Of a DNA stretch of 57,550 bases, positions 29,300 to 40,478 are shown piece by piece. The notes below the pieces were generated by a model. It worked only from the letters and a program-made list of their open reading frames with translations. It was not told the DNA's origin and made no database searches. Position numbers and translations under genes: made by a program. Source of the DNA: an uncultured Cellvibrio sp. (GTDB taxonomy: Bacteria > Pseudomonadota > Gammaproteobacteria > Pseudomonadales > Cellvibrionaceae); assembly GCA_963971905.1 (NCBI GenBank), contig CAXAVL010000001.1, positions 1 through 57,550 on the forward strand, given 5' to 3'. The first letter of the stretch is position 1; each line of letters opens with the position of its first letter.

Positions 29300-30121
29300 A
29301 TGAAAAGACTTATCAATCTCACGCCCTCCAAACCACTCAAGTTATTGTTGGGCATTCTCCCGTTTGCGCTATTGCTTGTTGTCTATCTAGTCGCCTCCGA
29401 TGCACGCCTCGCCGAAAATGCTAACGACAAACTCTTACCGAGTTTTGCGCAAATGGGCGATGCAATTAGCAACCTTGCCTTTGAGCCGAGTAAACGCAGC
29501 GGTGACTATTTATTTTGGCAGGATACACTCAGCAGTTTGTATCGTTTATCACTCGGCATTTTTATCGCCGCGATTTTAGGTTTCACCATCGGCATCTTAA
29601 CCGGTGCAATTCCCACTCTCTATTCCCCTATAGCGCCGCTGCTTACCGTTATTTCGCTGGTGCCACCTATGGCGCTGTTGCCGGTGTTATTTATTGTATT
29701 TGGTTTGGGCGAACTGTCTAAGGTAGCGTTAATTGTTATCGGTGTTGCGCCTTTTATCGCACGCGACATTCAACGCTGCACACAAGAAATTCCGCTCGAA
29801 CAATTAGTCAAAGCACAAACTCTCGGTGCATCCACCTGGCAAATTTTAGTGCGTGTATTAATTCCGCAACTGCTGCCACGTTTAATTAATGCGGTGCGTT
29901 TATCACTCGGTGCCGGTTGGTTATTTTTAATTGCGGCCGAGGCCATCGCCTCTACCGATGGCTTAGGCTATCGCATATTTTTAGTGCGTCGCTATATGTC
30001 GATGGATGTGATTCTGCCCTATGTAGCCTGGATTACCCTGCTCGCCTTTTTAGTGGATTGGCTCCTAGTTAAGCTCAGCACCAAGTGCTTTCCATGGCAC
30101 TATCAATTGACTAGCAAATAA
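29300..30121 (+). CDS. ABC transporter permease (NitT/TauT type)
   Basis: Hydrophobic segments; EAA-like loop KAQTLGAST; LIAAEAIAS..GLGYRIFL. Confidence 0.92.
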   Translation: MKRLINLTPSKPLKLLLGILPFALLLVVYLVASDARLAENANDKLLPSFAQMGDAISNLAFEPSKRSGDYLFWQDTLSSLYRLSLGIFIAAILGFTIGILTGAIPTLYSPIAPLLTVISLVPPMALLPVLFIVFGLGELSKVALIVIGVAPFIARDIQRCTQEIPLEQLVKAQTLGASTWQILVRVLIPQLLPRLINAVRLSLGAGWLFLIAAEAIASTDGLGYRIFLVRRYMSMDVILPYVAWITLLAFLVDWLLVKLSTKCFPWHYQLTSK

Positions 30122-30170
30122 AACCCATGCAGCTGAACAAAAACGACAAGCAAAAGAATGCGGAATACAT

Positions 30171-31016
30171 ATGACCGTTATCCCTTTTGATAAAAAATAC
30201 CTCTATGAAAAAAGAGCGAAAGCTATGCCCATGATTCAGGCAAAAAACCTGTGGAAAAAGTACGGCGACAACGTAGTGCTAGAACGCATGAACGTAAACG
30301 TAAACGCCGGTGAATTTATTACCATGGTAGGCACCTCCGGCTGTGGCAAAAGCACATTTTTAAAAATGCTGTTGGGTATGGAGTCGCCAACATCGGGGGA
30401 ATTATTGCTGGATGCCAAACCTATCCGCAGCGAACCCGATCAATCGCGCGGTATTGTTTTTCAACAGTATTCCGTCTTCCCCCATTTAACCGTGTTGGAA
30501 AATGTGATTATCGCGCGCGAGTTTGAACGCTCACCGCTTTTGGGGAAATTATTTGGCAGCCAAAAACGTAAAGTTGTCGATGAAGCCAAAGCACTGCTGG
30601 AATCCGTTGGTTTAACTCATGCCATTAATCGCTACCCACACGAATTATCCGGCGGGATGAAACAGCGCTTGGCTATCGCCCAGGCACTGATTCGCCAACC
30701 GCGCATTTTATTGCTCGACGAACCCTTCGGTGCACTCGATCCAGGTATTCGCGCCGATATGCACCAATTAATTTTGGAACTCTGGCGCGAACATCAGCTC
30801 ACTGTTTTTATGGTGACGCACGATCTGAGCGAAGGTTTTTATTTGGGCACTCGCCTCTGGGTATTCGACAAATTGCGTCGCGATAATCAAGCGCCCGGCG
30901 CCTACGGTGCGAACATAACCTATGACCTGCCGGTTACTCGCCGCAAAAGTGAAGTGCCGCAGGAATTGCAAACTATTGTCCAAGAATCAATTATCAAAGA
31001 ATCACGGGATTTTTAA
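30171..31016 (+). CDS. ABC transporter ATP-binding protein (start may be 30225 or 30231)
   Basis: Walker A GTSGCGKST, LSGGMKQR, LLLDEPFGALD, VTHD. Confidence 0.95.
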   Translation: MTVIPFDKKYLYEKRAKAMPMIQAKNLWKKYGDNVVLERMNVNVNAGEFITMVGTSGCGKSTFLKMLLGMESPTSGELLLDAKPIRSEPDQSRGIVFQQYSVFPHLTVLENVIIAREFERSPLLGKLFGSQKRKVVDEAKALLESVGLTHAINRYPHELSGGMKQRLAIAQALIRQPRILLLDEPFGALDPGIRADMHQLILELWREHQLTVFMVTHDLSEGFYLGTRLWVFDKLRRDNQAPGAYGANITYDLPVTRRKSEVPQELQTIVQESIIKESRDF

Positions 31017-31019
31017 CTC

Positions 31020-31754
31020 ATGAGTAAAATGCTGTACACCACCACCCTGCCCGGCAATGGCCACTGGTCGCTGGAACTGCGCCGCGGCAGCCTAATGAAA
31101 ATTACCGATCTCGAAGGCGGCGCCAACGTGGGCATGCTGTTTTACAACCCGCGCAATTTGTTAGAGCGCTACAACGCGCCCGATACCCTCAAATGCCAAC
31201 ACACCTTTAAATTGCAACGCGGTAATTGTTTATATTCCGATATGGGGCGAATTTTTGCCTCCATTGTTGAAGACCATTCTGCTAATGGCGAAGGCAACTG
31301 GCACGATACCATTTGCGGTAATAGCACCGCGGCACAAGTCGAACAGCAATGGGGCAAGCGCGATTATCAAAGCCACCACAATCAATGGCTGCAAAATGGT
31401 TACGATGCCTTTTTAGTTGAACTGGCCAAATACGGTTTGGGGCGCGCCGACATGGCCGCCAACATCAATTGGTTCAGTAAAGTGATTGCGGATAACCAAG
31501 GCAACATTCAACTTGATACAAAAAACCGCTGCGCCGGTAATAGTGTCACCCTGCGTTTTGAAATGGATACACTCGTAGTGATGCACGCCTGCCCGCACCC
31601 GCTCAACCAATCAGAAACTTACCCTTTTACCTCAGTAAAAATCGAATTGGGTGAAGCAGATCCGGTCAGCGACGATGACTACTGCAAAAATTTCCGCGAA
31701 GAAAACCAGCGCGGATTCCAAAACAATGCACTGTATTACCTATCAGCGAAATAA
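31020..31754 (+). CDS. cgdA: Carboxyguanidine deiminase subunit A (UAAP1, DUF1989)
   Basis: DLEGGANV, ERYNAPDTLKCQHT, LYSDMGR, HDTICG, CPHPL. Confidence 0.88.
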   Translation: MSKMLYTTTLPGNGHWSLELRRGSLMKITDLEGGANVGMLFYNPRNLLERYNAPDTLKCQHTFKLQRGNCLYSDMGRIFASIVEDHSANGEGNWHDTICGNSTAAQVEQQWGKRDYQSHHNQWLQNGYDAFLVELAKYGLGRADMAANINWFSKVIADNQGNIQLDTKNRCAGNSVTLRFEMDTLVVMHACPHPLNQSETYPFTSVKIELGEADPVSDDDYCKNFREENQRGFQNNALYYLSAK

Positions 31755-31767
31755 TTGAGGCGCGCAC

Positions 31768-32409
31768 ATGTCACATATTCAAAGCAATTTGCATCCTGAA
31801 ACCGCATTTTCAACACACCATGTTCCCGCGGGCGATTATTTTCTGGGCGAGATAAAACAGGGCCAAACTTTTCGCATTGTCGATTTGGAAGGCAACCAAG
31901 CCGCCGACGTTTTATTTTATAACGCCAAAGACCCGAGCGAGCGCTACAGCGCTATGGACACTATTCGCACCCAGGGCAATTTGTATTTAACGGCGGGCAC
32001 CAAATTAATGTCTAACGCCAACAATGAATTGCTGGAAATTGTCGCCGATACCTGTGGCCGCCACGACACCCTCGGCGGTGCCTGCGCCACCGAGAGCAAT
32101 ACTGTGCGCTACAGTTTGGAAAAACGCTGCATGCACGCCTGTCGCGACAGCTGGATGCTCGCCATTGCCGAGCACCCGGAATTTGGTATTAGCAAACGCG
32201 ACATCACCCACAACATTAATTTTTTTATGAACGTTCCCGTTACCAGCGATGGCGGCCTCACCTTTGAAGATGGCATTTCCGCACCGGGAAAATATGTGGA
32301 GCTGAAAGCCAAAATGGATATAGTCATGCTGATTTCCAATTGCCCGCAATTGAACAACCCCTGCAATGGCTATAACCCGACGCCGATTGAAGTGATTGTT
32401 TGGAATTAA
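31768..32409 (+). CDS. cgdB: Carboxyguanidine deiminase subunit B (UAAP2, DUF1989)
   Basis: [49 protein letters not shown]. Confidence 0.9.
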   Translation: MSHIQSNLHPETAFSTHHVPAGDYFLGEIKQGQTFRIVDLEGNQAADVLFYNAKDPSERYSAMDTIRTQGNLYLTAGTKLMSNANNELLEIVADTCGRHDTLGGACATESNTVRYSLEKRCMHACRDSWMLAIAEHPEFGISKRDITHNINFFMNVPVTSDGGLTFEDGISAPGKYVELKAKMDIVMLISNCPQLNNPCNGYNPTPIEVIVWN

Positions 32410-32432
32410 TCTTTATTTAAATTGAATGTCTT

Positions 32433-32482
32433 CAATGGACGACCATTGTCGTAATCAATCCCAGCGGGACGACCTGCCGGAG
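32433..32482 (+). ncRNA. Guanidine-II (mini-ykkC) riboswitch
   Basis: Two hairpins with ACGA loops, CAATGG-ACGA-CCATTG and CCAGCGGG-ACGA-CCTGCCGG, joined by a 12-nt linker; the second overlaps the GGAG SD of the next gene. Confidence 0.88.
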
Positions 32483-32488
32483 CAGACT

Positions 32489-35400
32489 ATGTTTACCAAA
32501 GTGCTTATCGCCAACCGCGGCGCCATTGCCACTCGTATTATCCGCACCCTGAAAAAACTCAATATCAAATCCGTCGCTGTCTACGCCGAGTCAGATGCAG
32601 ATTCACTGCATGTGCGTATTGCCGATGAGGCATTTTCCTTGGGCGAGGGTGCAGCCGCGCAAACCTATTTGGACCGCAAAAAAATTATCGCCATTGCCCA
32701 GCAAACCGGCGCCCAGGCGATTCACCCCGGCTATGGTTTTCTGAGTGAAAACTCCAGTTTTGTGGCCGAGTGCGAAGCGGCTGGTGTGGTTTTTATCGGC
32801 CCCACAGCAGAGCAGATGATTACCTTTGGTTTAAAACACAAAGCGCGCGAACTGGCGCAAGCCGCCAATGTTCCGCTCTGCCCCGGTACAGATTTATTAA
32901 CCAGTTTGGATGAAGCCGTAACCGCCGCAGCTGCAATCGGCTATCCGGTCATGCTGAAAAGCACCGCCGGTGGTGGCGGTATTGGTATGCAATTGTGCAA
33001 TAGCCAAGCCGATCTGGAAGGCGCATTTGAATCAGTAAAACGCTTGGGCAAAAATAATTTTGCCGACGATGGAGTATTTTTAGAAAAATTTATCGCCGCT
33101 GCGCGCCATATTGAAGTGCAAGTGTTTGGGGATGGCAAAGGCACTGCTGTAGCCATTGGTGAGCGCGATTGCTCCAGCCAAAGGCGCAACCAGAAAGTGG
33201 TTGAAGAATGCCCCGCGCCCAACTTATCCGACGCACAACGCAACGCCATGCAGCGCACTGCAGAGCAACTGTTATCGTCCGTTAGCTATCGCAATGCGGG
33301 CACAGTGGAATTTATTTACGACTCACTCGATGACAAGTTTTATTTCCTCGAAGTGAATACCCGCTTGCAAGTGGAGCACGGTGTTACCGAAGAAGTCTAT
33401 GGTGTAGATTTAGTCGAGTGGATGCTGCGCCAGGCCGCAGGTGATCTCGGTGACATCAAAGCCCTGCGCGATCAACTCACATCAAACGGCCACGCCATTC
33501 AAGTGCGTGTGTATGCAGAAGACCCTGCATTAAATTTCCAACCCTGCGCTGGACTGCTCAGCAAAGTCGAATTTCCCGCTGCAAATGAAAATCTGCGTAT
33601 CGATCATTGGATTGAAAGCGGCATTGAAGTACCGGCGTTTTTTGACCCTATGCTGGCTAAAATTATTGTGCGCGGTAGCGATCGTGAACAAGCGCTCGCG
33701 CAATTAGCAAACGCCTTAAACAACACCTATCTCTACGGTATTGAAACCAATATTGGTTATTTGCGCGCGCTGTTACAGGATCAAACTCTGGTGCAAGGAA
33801 AAATGACCACTCGCTATTTAAATAGCTTTGTCTATCAACCCGCGCGCATCGATGTAATTCAAGGCGGCACCCAAACGACCATTCAAGATTACCCAGGCCG
33901 CTCCGGTTATTGGCATGTAGGTGTACCCACCTCCGGCCCCTTCGACAGCTATTCATTTCGTTTAGGCAATCGCCTGTTAAATAACGATGAAAATGCTGCA
34001 GGTTTGGAAATTACGCTGCAAGGGCCAACCTTAAAGTTCGGCTGCGCGACAAAAATTATCTTAACCGGCGCTGCGATTGATGCAAAACTCGACGGCAATG
34101 CAATTCCACTTTATGAAATTATCTCGGTCGCCGCTGGCCAGCAATTGCAATTAGGGCGCATTACCGATCAAGGTGCGCGCAGCTATTTATGCGTCGCTGG
34201 TGGCATTCAGTGCCCGGATTATCTCAATTCAAAATCCACCTTTACCCTCGGTCAATTTGGCGGCCACAACGGTCGCGCATTGCGCGCCGGTGATGTGCTC
34301 GCGCTAGATACAAATAATTGCAACGCAGAAATAAACGCAGCAATAGTTAGCGATGAATTAAAACCACAAATTAATAACCTCTGGCAGTTGCGCGTTATTT
34401 ACGGCCCCCATGGTGCACCGGATTTTTTCACTGACAATGACATCAACACCTTTTTCACCACCGATTGGGAAGTGCACTACAACTCCAGCCGCACCGGTGT
34501 ACGTTTGATTGGCCCCAAACCCGAGTGGGCACGCAGCTCCGGAGGCGAAGCGGGCATGCATCCATCCAACATTCACGACAATGCTTACGCCTTTGGCACC
34601 GTCGATTTTACCGGCGACATGCCAGTTATTCTCGGGCCAGACGGTCCATCGCTCGGTGGTTTTGTCTGCCCCGCAACGGTAATCAGTGCCGACCTCTGGA
34701 AAATCGGCCAGGTGCGCGCGGGCGATAAAATTCGCTTTTTACCGGTGAGCATTGCGGATGCTGTGGCTATTGAAGCAACACAACATCAATCCTTGCGTTC
34801 GCTGGAAAAGAAATCCCATCAATATGATGTACAGAGCCCCAGTGAATTAAGCTCTCCCATTGTAAAAACCTTGGCGGCAGCTGAATTTGGTGAAGAGATT
34901 GTCTACCGCGCCGCCGGCGATCGCTTTTTATTGGTTGAATATGGCGCGCTGGAATTGGATATTAAATTGCGTTTCCGCGCCCATGCTTTGATGCAATGGC
35001 TGGAGCAAAACACCCTGCCCGGCCTGCGTGAATTAACGCCGGGAATTCGCTCACTACAGCTGCACTACGACAGCCAACAATTATCGCTGGAAAAATTATT
35101 AGCCCACCTTGAACGCGCTGAGCGCGAATTAATTGTGCAGCTAGCGCAACTGAGTGTGCCCTCACGCATTGTGCACATTCCCTTGAGCTGGGATGACGAG
35201 GCCTGTCAATTGGCAATTCAAAAATACATGCAATCAGTGCGCGCCAATGCGCCCTGGTGCCCGAGTAATTTAGAATTTATTCGCCGCATTAATGGCTTGG
35301 ATTCCATCGCCGAAGTAAAAAATATTCTGTTCAGCGCCTCTTATTTGGTGATGGGCTTAGGCGATGTATATTTGGGTGCGCCGGTCGCCACACCGGTTGA

Positions 35401-36103
35401 CCCGCGCCATCGTTTGGTAACTACCAAATACAATCCAGCGCGCACCTGGACGGCAGAAAATTCCGTGGGTATCGGCGGTTCTTATTTGTGTGTCTATGGC
35501 ATGGAAGGCCCGGGTGGCTACCAATTTGTCGGGCGCACATTGCAAATGTGGAATCGCTATCGCCAGACCAAGGAATTTAAACAACCTTGGCTGCTCAACT
35601 TTTTTGATCAAATTCGTTTTTATGAAGTGAGTAGCGATGAGCTGCAGCAAATTCGCCGCGACTTCCCCCAGGGGCGCTATCCAATCAAGATTGAAGAAAG
35701 CCATTTCAGCTTAAGCGAGTATCAGGATTTTCTGGCGGCCAATCAGGACTCCATCAGCGCTTTTACCGCCCAGCGTGAACAGGCCTTTGAGGATGAACTG
35801 GCACGCTGGCATGCCGACGGACAGTTCAATTATGTGCAGGAAGAAATTGCAGAAGAAAGCACAGAAACCGAATTACCGGAAGATGCCATCCGCATAGACA
35901 GCTCAGTCTCTGGCAGTGTTTGGCAAACCCAAGTAAAGGTTGGGCAAACAGTAAAAGCGGGCGACGTGTTACTGATTTTAGAATCCATGAAAATGGAAAT
36001 TAATATCACCGCCAGCAGTGCGGGCAAAGTAACGCATTTGTTAAAAGCCGATGGCGCGCGCGTGCAGGCGGGGCAAACATTAGTGGTACTGGAAGCAATC
36101 TAA
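32489..36103 (+). CDS. uca: Urea carboxylase-family enzyme, probably guanidine carboxylase
   Basis: Biotin carboxylase VLIANRG, HPGYGFLSEN, FLEVNTRLQVEH; carboxyltransferase HPSNIHDNAY, GPGGYQ; biotinyl ESMKME. Likely start ATG 32489. Confidence 0.96.
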   Translation: MFTKVLIANRGAIATRIIRTLKKLNIKSVAVYAESDADSLHVRIADEAFSLGEGAAAQTYLDRKKIIAIAQQTGAQAIHPGYGFLSENSSFVAECEAAGVVFIGPTAEQMITFGLKHKARELAQAANVPLCPGTDLLTSLDEAVTAAAAIGYPVMLKSTAGGGGIGMQLCNSQADLEGAFESVKRLGKNNFADDGVFLEKFIAAARHIEVQVFGDGKGTAVAIGERDCSSQRRNQKVVEECPAPNLSDAQRNAMQRTAEQLLSSVSYRNAGTVEFIYDSLDDKFYFLEVNTRLQVEHGVTEEVYGVDLVEWMLRQAAGDLGDIKALRDQLTSNGHAIQVRVYAEDPALNFQPCAGLLSKVEFPAANENLRIDHWIESGIEVPAFFDPMLAKIIVRGSDREQALAQLANALNNTYLYGIETNIGYLRALLQDQTLVQGKMTTRYLNSFVYQPARIDVIQGGTQTTIQDYPGRSGYWHVGVPTSGPFDSYSFRLGNRLLNNDENAAGLEITLQGPTLKFGCATKIILTGAAIDAKLDGNAIPLYEIISVAAGQQLQLGRITDQGARSYLCVAGGIQCPDYLNSKSTFTLGQFGGHNGRALRAGDVLALDTNNCNAEINAAIVSDELKPQINNLWQLRVIYGPHGAPDFFTDNDINTFFTTDWEVHYNSSRTGVRLIGPKPEWARSSGGEAGMHPSNIHDNAYAFGTVDFTGDMPVILGPDGPSLGGFVCPATVISADLWKIGQVRAGDKIRFLPVSIADAVAIEATQHQSLRSLEKKSHQYDVQSPSELSSPIVKTLAAAEFGEEIVYRAAGDRFLLVEYGALELDIKLRFRAHALMQWLEQNTLPGLRELTPGIRSLQLHYDSQQLSLEKLLAHLERAERELIVQLAQLSVPSRIVHIPLSWDDEACQLAIQKYMQSVRANAPWCPSNLEFIRRINGLDSIAEVKNILFSASYLVMGLGDVYLGAPVATPVDPRHRLVTTKYNPARTWTAENSVGIGGSYLCVYGMEGPGGYQFVGRTLQMWNRYRQTKEFKQPWLLNFFDQIRFYEVSSDELQQIRRDFPQGRYPIKIEESHFSLSEYQDFLAANQDSISAFTAQREQAFEDELARWHADGQFNYVQEEIAEESTETELPEDAIRIDSSVSGSVWQTQVKVGQTVKAGDVLLILESMKMEINITASSAGKVTHLLKADGARVQAGQTLVVLEAI

Positions 36104-36124
36104 ACTCTTTACAACGCAAGATAT

Positions 36125-36148
36125 AAAAAACCCGGCGCAAGGCCGGGT
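36125..36148 (-). terminator. Intrinsic terminator between convergent uca and DUF1631 genes
   Basis: AAAAAACCCGGC-gcaag-GCCGGGT; U-tract on the minus strand. Confidence 0.75.
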
Positions 36149-36165
36149 AAGCATCTGAGGAGAAA

Positions 36166-38694
36166 CTAATTTAGTGTGCGCTGCTCGCGCAAGGTACCAA
36201 TTACCGCCTCCAGCGCACGATCAAACAACATGCCGTCATCTAAAATTGTCAATCGTTTGGTTTGCAATGCAATCGCCAAACTCTCACGACTTTCTTCTGC
36301 GACCTTCATACCGGAGCGGTTTACAAAAATATATTTTCCAACCGAGCGAATAATTGCTGCTAAACGACAGCGGTACTTTTCACCCGCCTCGCCCTGCATT
36401 TCAAACCAAGTGCCTTGGGTAATATTGTTTACCAACGCCAAATGCTGTGGATCCGCCTGAACAGGTTTACTGACAGTTTCGTCTACAGTAACAACCTCAC
36501 CTACTGCTTGCGAAACCGTACTCACTTCTGCAGTAACTGTCGGTTCAATTGGCTGAGCGGCAATCGTCTCGTCCGATTCAATTACAGCTTGGCTTACAGG
36601 TGATGAGTCCACGACTGTTGCGACTAATGGCTCGGGCGATGGATCAACTGGTGGCACTGAATTACTTTGTTGCTTAGCTTCTGGCACAGCTGCATTGACG
36701 ATTTGTTGCGCAACTTTTGGTGAGTCCGCCATAACGGCTTTCAACATGGCACTTTTAGCAGCCATCTCACTTGCCTTCGCAGCATTGTCTACCGACGGCG
36801 CCGATGCAGCAGCATCACCCTGAGGCTTCACTTCGCCGCGCAAGCGCGCCAAATGAGCAACTTCCAATTGCTTAAACAAGTTGGTCGTTTCAAAGGGGCT
36901 GAATGAAATACTTTCCAACCCGGTACGCAATTTTTGCAACAACTCAGGAACCAGCTTTAATAACTTTTGGCGATTATCCTTGTCCATCGTGGCCGTCACA
37001 CTCCACACCAGCTGCTGTGCTGTTACAGAGTTGCTGCGCCACTCGTCACTTTCTACACCCTGTTTAAGCGAAGTAATAAACATGACATTCGCCCATGCTT
37101 CACGCAGCAGTTTTGTTGCCGCCAAGGGCAGCTCTTTCCCCGCACAGATACGATTCAACTCTGCATCCACCTGCGCCCGTGCACGCTCAGATTTTGCTTT
37201 GCCATCTTCAGCATCAATGGTGCGCTGCTCAAGAATGGAGGCGCGGCGTTTTTCTTTGTCAAGGAACGAACGGAAATCCACCAGCAAGCGATCAAAGATA
37301 CTCATATCTGTATCAAAATCGGTGAGGATCGCGCGTACCGTTTCTTCCATCTTATTAAAGAGGCTGTCTTTGCGTTGATTTTCCTCGCTGGATTCCTGCC
37401 AGCCTAAACAAGCCATTGCCATTTCATTCAATAACCGACGCGCAGGGTGACCGCCTTTGCTAAAAAAGGCTTTGTCCGCAATTGCCACTTTAACCATTGG
37501 GATTTGCAAGCGGCCAATAAGCGCTTTCATCGGCGCAGCAAGATTGCGGTCATCCAAAATGAACTCAAACATCATGCTAACCAAATTGATTACATCATCA
37601 TCAACCTGATTAATAGCGGCCGCAGTTTGGGTTTCATTGCGCAGTAAATCTGTCAATAAGTTGCGCAAATTGGTAGGAGCGCCACTCGCAATAGAATTAT
37701 TGGTGGTATTTTGTTGTTGCGCCAGCGACAGAATTTTAATCAAATCCCGCGTGGTAATTTCTTCGCCTGGCAACTGAGCTCGGGGCGCACTACGATTAGC
37801 GCCCAGTAAATCGCGCAAGTGATGCAAAACCTGATTGGTTTGCTCGTCATAACTCTGATTCAGGCCACCTGTTTCCGCGCCCGCTTGTTGCCCACCTAAA
37901 CCATATTGGGCGCTGATACCTTGGCCATAGAGATCCGCGCTCGAAGAAGCTGGAGAGCGTTTAACCCGCACGTCCTGTTTTAGCGACGGCAAAATATTGG
38001 CATCGATTAAGGTTTGATTGAGTACATCAAAAAGTTTACCGAGTTTGGTCATTACAATGTTGTCGAACAATTTAAACAACACCAACTTGGCTTTTACATC
38101 AATACTCAATGCCTTGGTTGCATCCGTAAAGGCATTGCAGATCACGTCCACACCTAGAGGATTATTTTTTTGGTAAACCTTGGTCGGCACCAAATGATCG
38201 ATACGCAGAGTCAAATGCTGAATGGGCTCGGCGAATTGCTCATTGGCCTTGTTGACCATGCCATCAACCGCAACCATCTCTTCCAGTTCATCGTTTTTAA
38301 CCAGAGACAAATCATCCAGCGACAAGGACTTATCGGGAGCTTGTTGCTCGTCGCGATAAGCCGTTGGGTCAAGCAATTGCGCAAAACCTATATCGATACT
38401 GCGAAAAAAAGAAGCTTCCATCGCACGGCGACGAATACGTACTTCGCGCATGGAATCAAAAAAGATATTTTGGTCATGGTTGTTATTAGCTTTGTCAGCC
38501 AACTCAAACATGGCATCATCGACCTTATCGAACAACTCACGCAAAAAAAGCTGCAGCTGCTGCCGCGCCTTATCGCGCAAGGTATGCATAGCCGCAGGCA
38601 AGCGAGCAAGTGCCACTTGGGAGTTAGCGGTGGAATTGCGCTCTACGTTTAAATGGACAACCTTTTTGGGGTCGGATTTCATCTGTTCGGACAT
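36166..38694 (-). CDS. DUF1631-family protein (syntenic with Pseudomonas PA4523 beside nadC)
   Basis: DVINLVSMMFEFILDD, LQIPMVKVA, HPARRLLNE, GTWFE...RCRLAA...YIFVNRSGMKV...LFDRAL. Confidence 0.88.
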   Translation of the reverse strand: MSEQMKSDPKKVVHLNVERNSTANSQVALARLPAAMHTLRDKARQQLQLFLRELFDKVDDAMFELADKANNNHDQNIFFDSMREVRIRRRAMEASFFRSIDIGFAQLLDPTAYRDEQQAPDKSLSLDDLSLVKNDELEEMVAVDGMVNKANEQFAEPIQHLTLRIDHLVPTKVYQKNNPLGVDVICNAFTDATKALSIDVKAKLVLFKLFDNIVMTKLGKLFDVLNQTLIDANILPSLKQDVRVKRSPASSSADLYGQGISAQYGLGGQQAGAETGGLNQSYDEQTNQVLHHLRDLLGANRSAPRAQLPGEEITTRDLIKILSLAQQQNTTNNSIASGAPTNLRNLLTDLLRNETQTAAAINQVDDDVINLVSMMFEFILDDRNLAAPMKALIGRLQIPMVKVAIADKAFFSKGGHPARRLLNEMAMACLGWQESSEENQRKDSLFNKMEETVRAILTDFDTDMSIFDRLLVDFRSFLDKEKRRASILEQRTIDAEDGKAKSERARAQVDAELNRICAGKELPLAATKLLREAWANVMFITSLKQGVESDEWRSNSVTAQQLVWSVTATMDKDNRQKLLKLVPELLQKLRTGLESISFSPFETTNLFKQLEVAHLARLRGEVKPQGDAAASAPSVDNAAKASEMAAKSAMLKAVMADSPKVAQQIVNAAVPEAKQQSNSVPPVDPSPEPLVATVVDSSPVSQAVIESDETIAAQPIEPTVTAEVSTVSQAVGEVVTVDETVSKPVQADPQHLALVNNITQGTWFEMQGEAGEKYRCRLAAIIRSVGKYIFVNRSGMKVAEESRESLAIALQTKRLTILDDGMLFDRALEAVIGTLREQRTLN

Positions 38695-38895
38695 GGCGGA
38701 TTACCATTAGTAAAAACTTGCGTAACTTGAGTATAACTAAGGGCAAGACACTCCAAGTAAGCAAATGATAAGATCGAGAGACATATCACAAAAGGCTATA
38801 ACCAATACGTTATCTTATGGTTTTTTAAGTATGTTTTGGAATTAGCCGAACACTTCCGCGCCATAAATGGCCACAATCAACCACACATTGTTTAA

Positions 38896-39762
<867 letters not shown>

Positions 39763-39763
39763 A

Positions 39764-40234
39764 TCACAAGTCACAGCCTTTAGGACGATACATGACACCT
39801 ATCGTAGTAGAGCAGCTCCATGTCCCGCCTGCTGTGCGTGCCCAAGTTAGATTCTCACCGATAAAGACAGTGGTCGCATTATTTCCAAATGTAGCCACAA
39901 TTGTCACCCCCCCATCAGCGGCAATCGCAACCTGCGGGACGCCGGTACCAGGAGGCAAAATAGCGGCTGTCTGCGAGGCTCCATCGATAAGTGTAGAACC
40001 CACAGCGCCAGGGTCACACTCATCGTCTGCGGAGCCAACTACCAGCGCGCCCTCATTGATACAGGTTTCAACCAACGCTCTCACCGCTGCAGCTTCTGCC
40101 ATTACTCTAGATGCTTGTGATTTAGCTGCATATGTTTGATAAGAAGGCAGAGCTACAGCAGCTAAAATACCGATGATTGCAACTACAATCATCAATTCAA
40201 TTAGCGTAAAGCCACTTGAAAAAGAGTTCTTCAT
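39764..40234 (-). CDS. Type IVa major-pilin paralogue (second pilin)
   Basis: Short leader, G|[23 protein letters not shown]-terminal disulfide loop WSC...PKGC. Confidence 0.93.
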   Translation of the reverse strand: MKNSFSSGFTLIELMIVVAIIGILAAVALPSYQTYAAKSQASRVMAEAAAVRALVETCINEGALVVGSADDECDPGAVGSTLIDGASQTAAILPPGTGVPQVAIAADGGVTIVATFGNNATTVFIGENLTWARTAGGTWSCSTTIGVMYRPKGCDL

Positions 40235-40273
40235 AATTAAGTTCCTGCAAAAAAGTTGCTTCCTTGTGCTGCA

Positions 40274-40288
40274 GCAAGATTTAAACCA
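40274..40288 (-). promoter_or_regulatory. Sigma54-type promoter of the second pilin
   Basis: Minus strand TGGTTTAAATCTTGC (GG-N10-GC), 40 nt upstream of the ATG. Confidence 0.6.
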
Positions 40289-40381
40289 AGTCCAAAAAAC
40301 TTTAAAAATCAGTGACTAACATCCAGAGTTAACAACTAGTAATCCATTTTTAGCTGTGCTGCCTGTAGAGTGGGTCACATG

Positions 40382-40398
40382 ATGTCATTTTTTGTCAC
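40382..40398 (-). promoter_or_regulatory. Candidate PilR-type enhancer site, second pilin
   Basis: Minus strand GTGACAAAAAATGACAT aligns with GCGACAAAAATTGTCAC upstream of pilA; about 100 nt from the -24 element. Confidence 0.5.
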
Positions 40399-40478
40399 AT
40401 TCGCTGCAGCGCAGCAAGGATCTGAGCAACTGCATCGGATCAATAACCATAAAAGTAAAGATAACAAATACGTGCCAA

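Noticed and set aside
32426-32488. 21-aa extension or leader peptide before the carboxylase
   Set aside because: The sequence is accounted for by the guanidine-II hairpins and SD.
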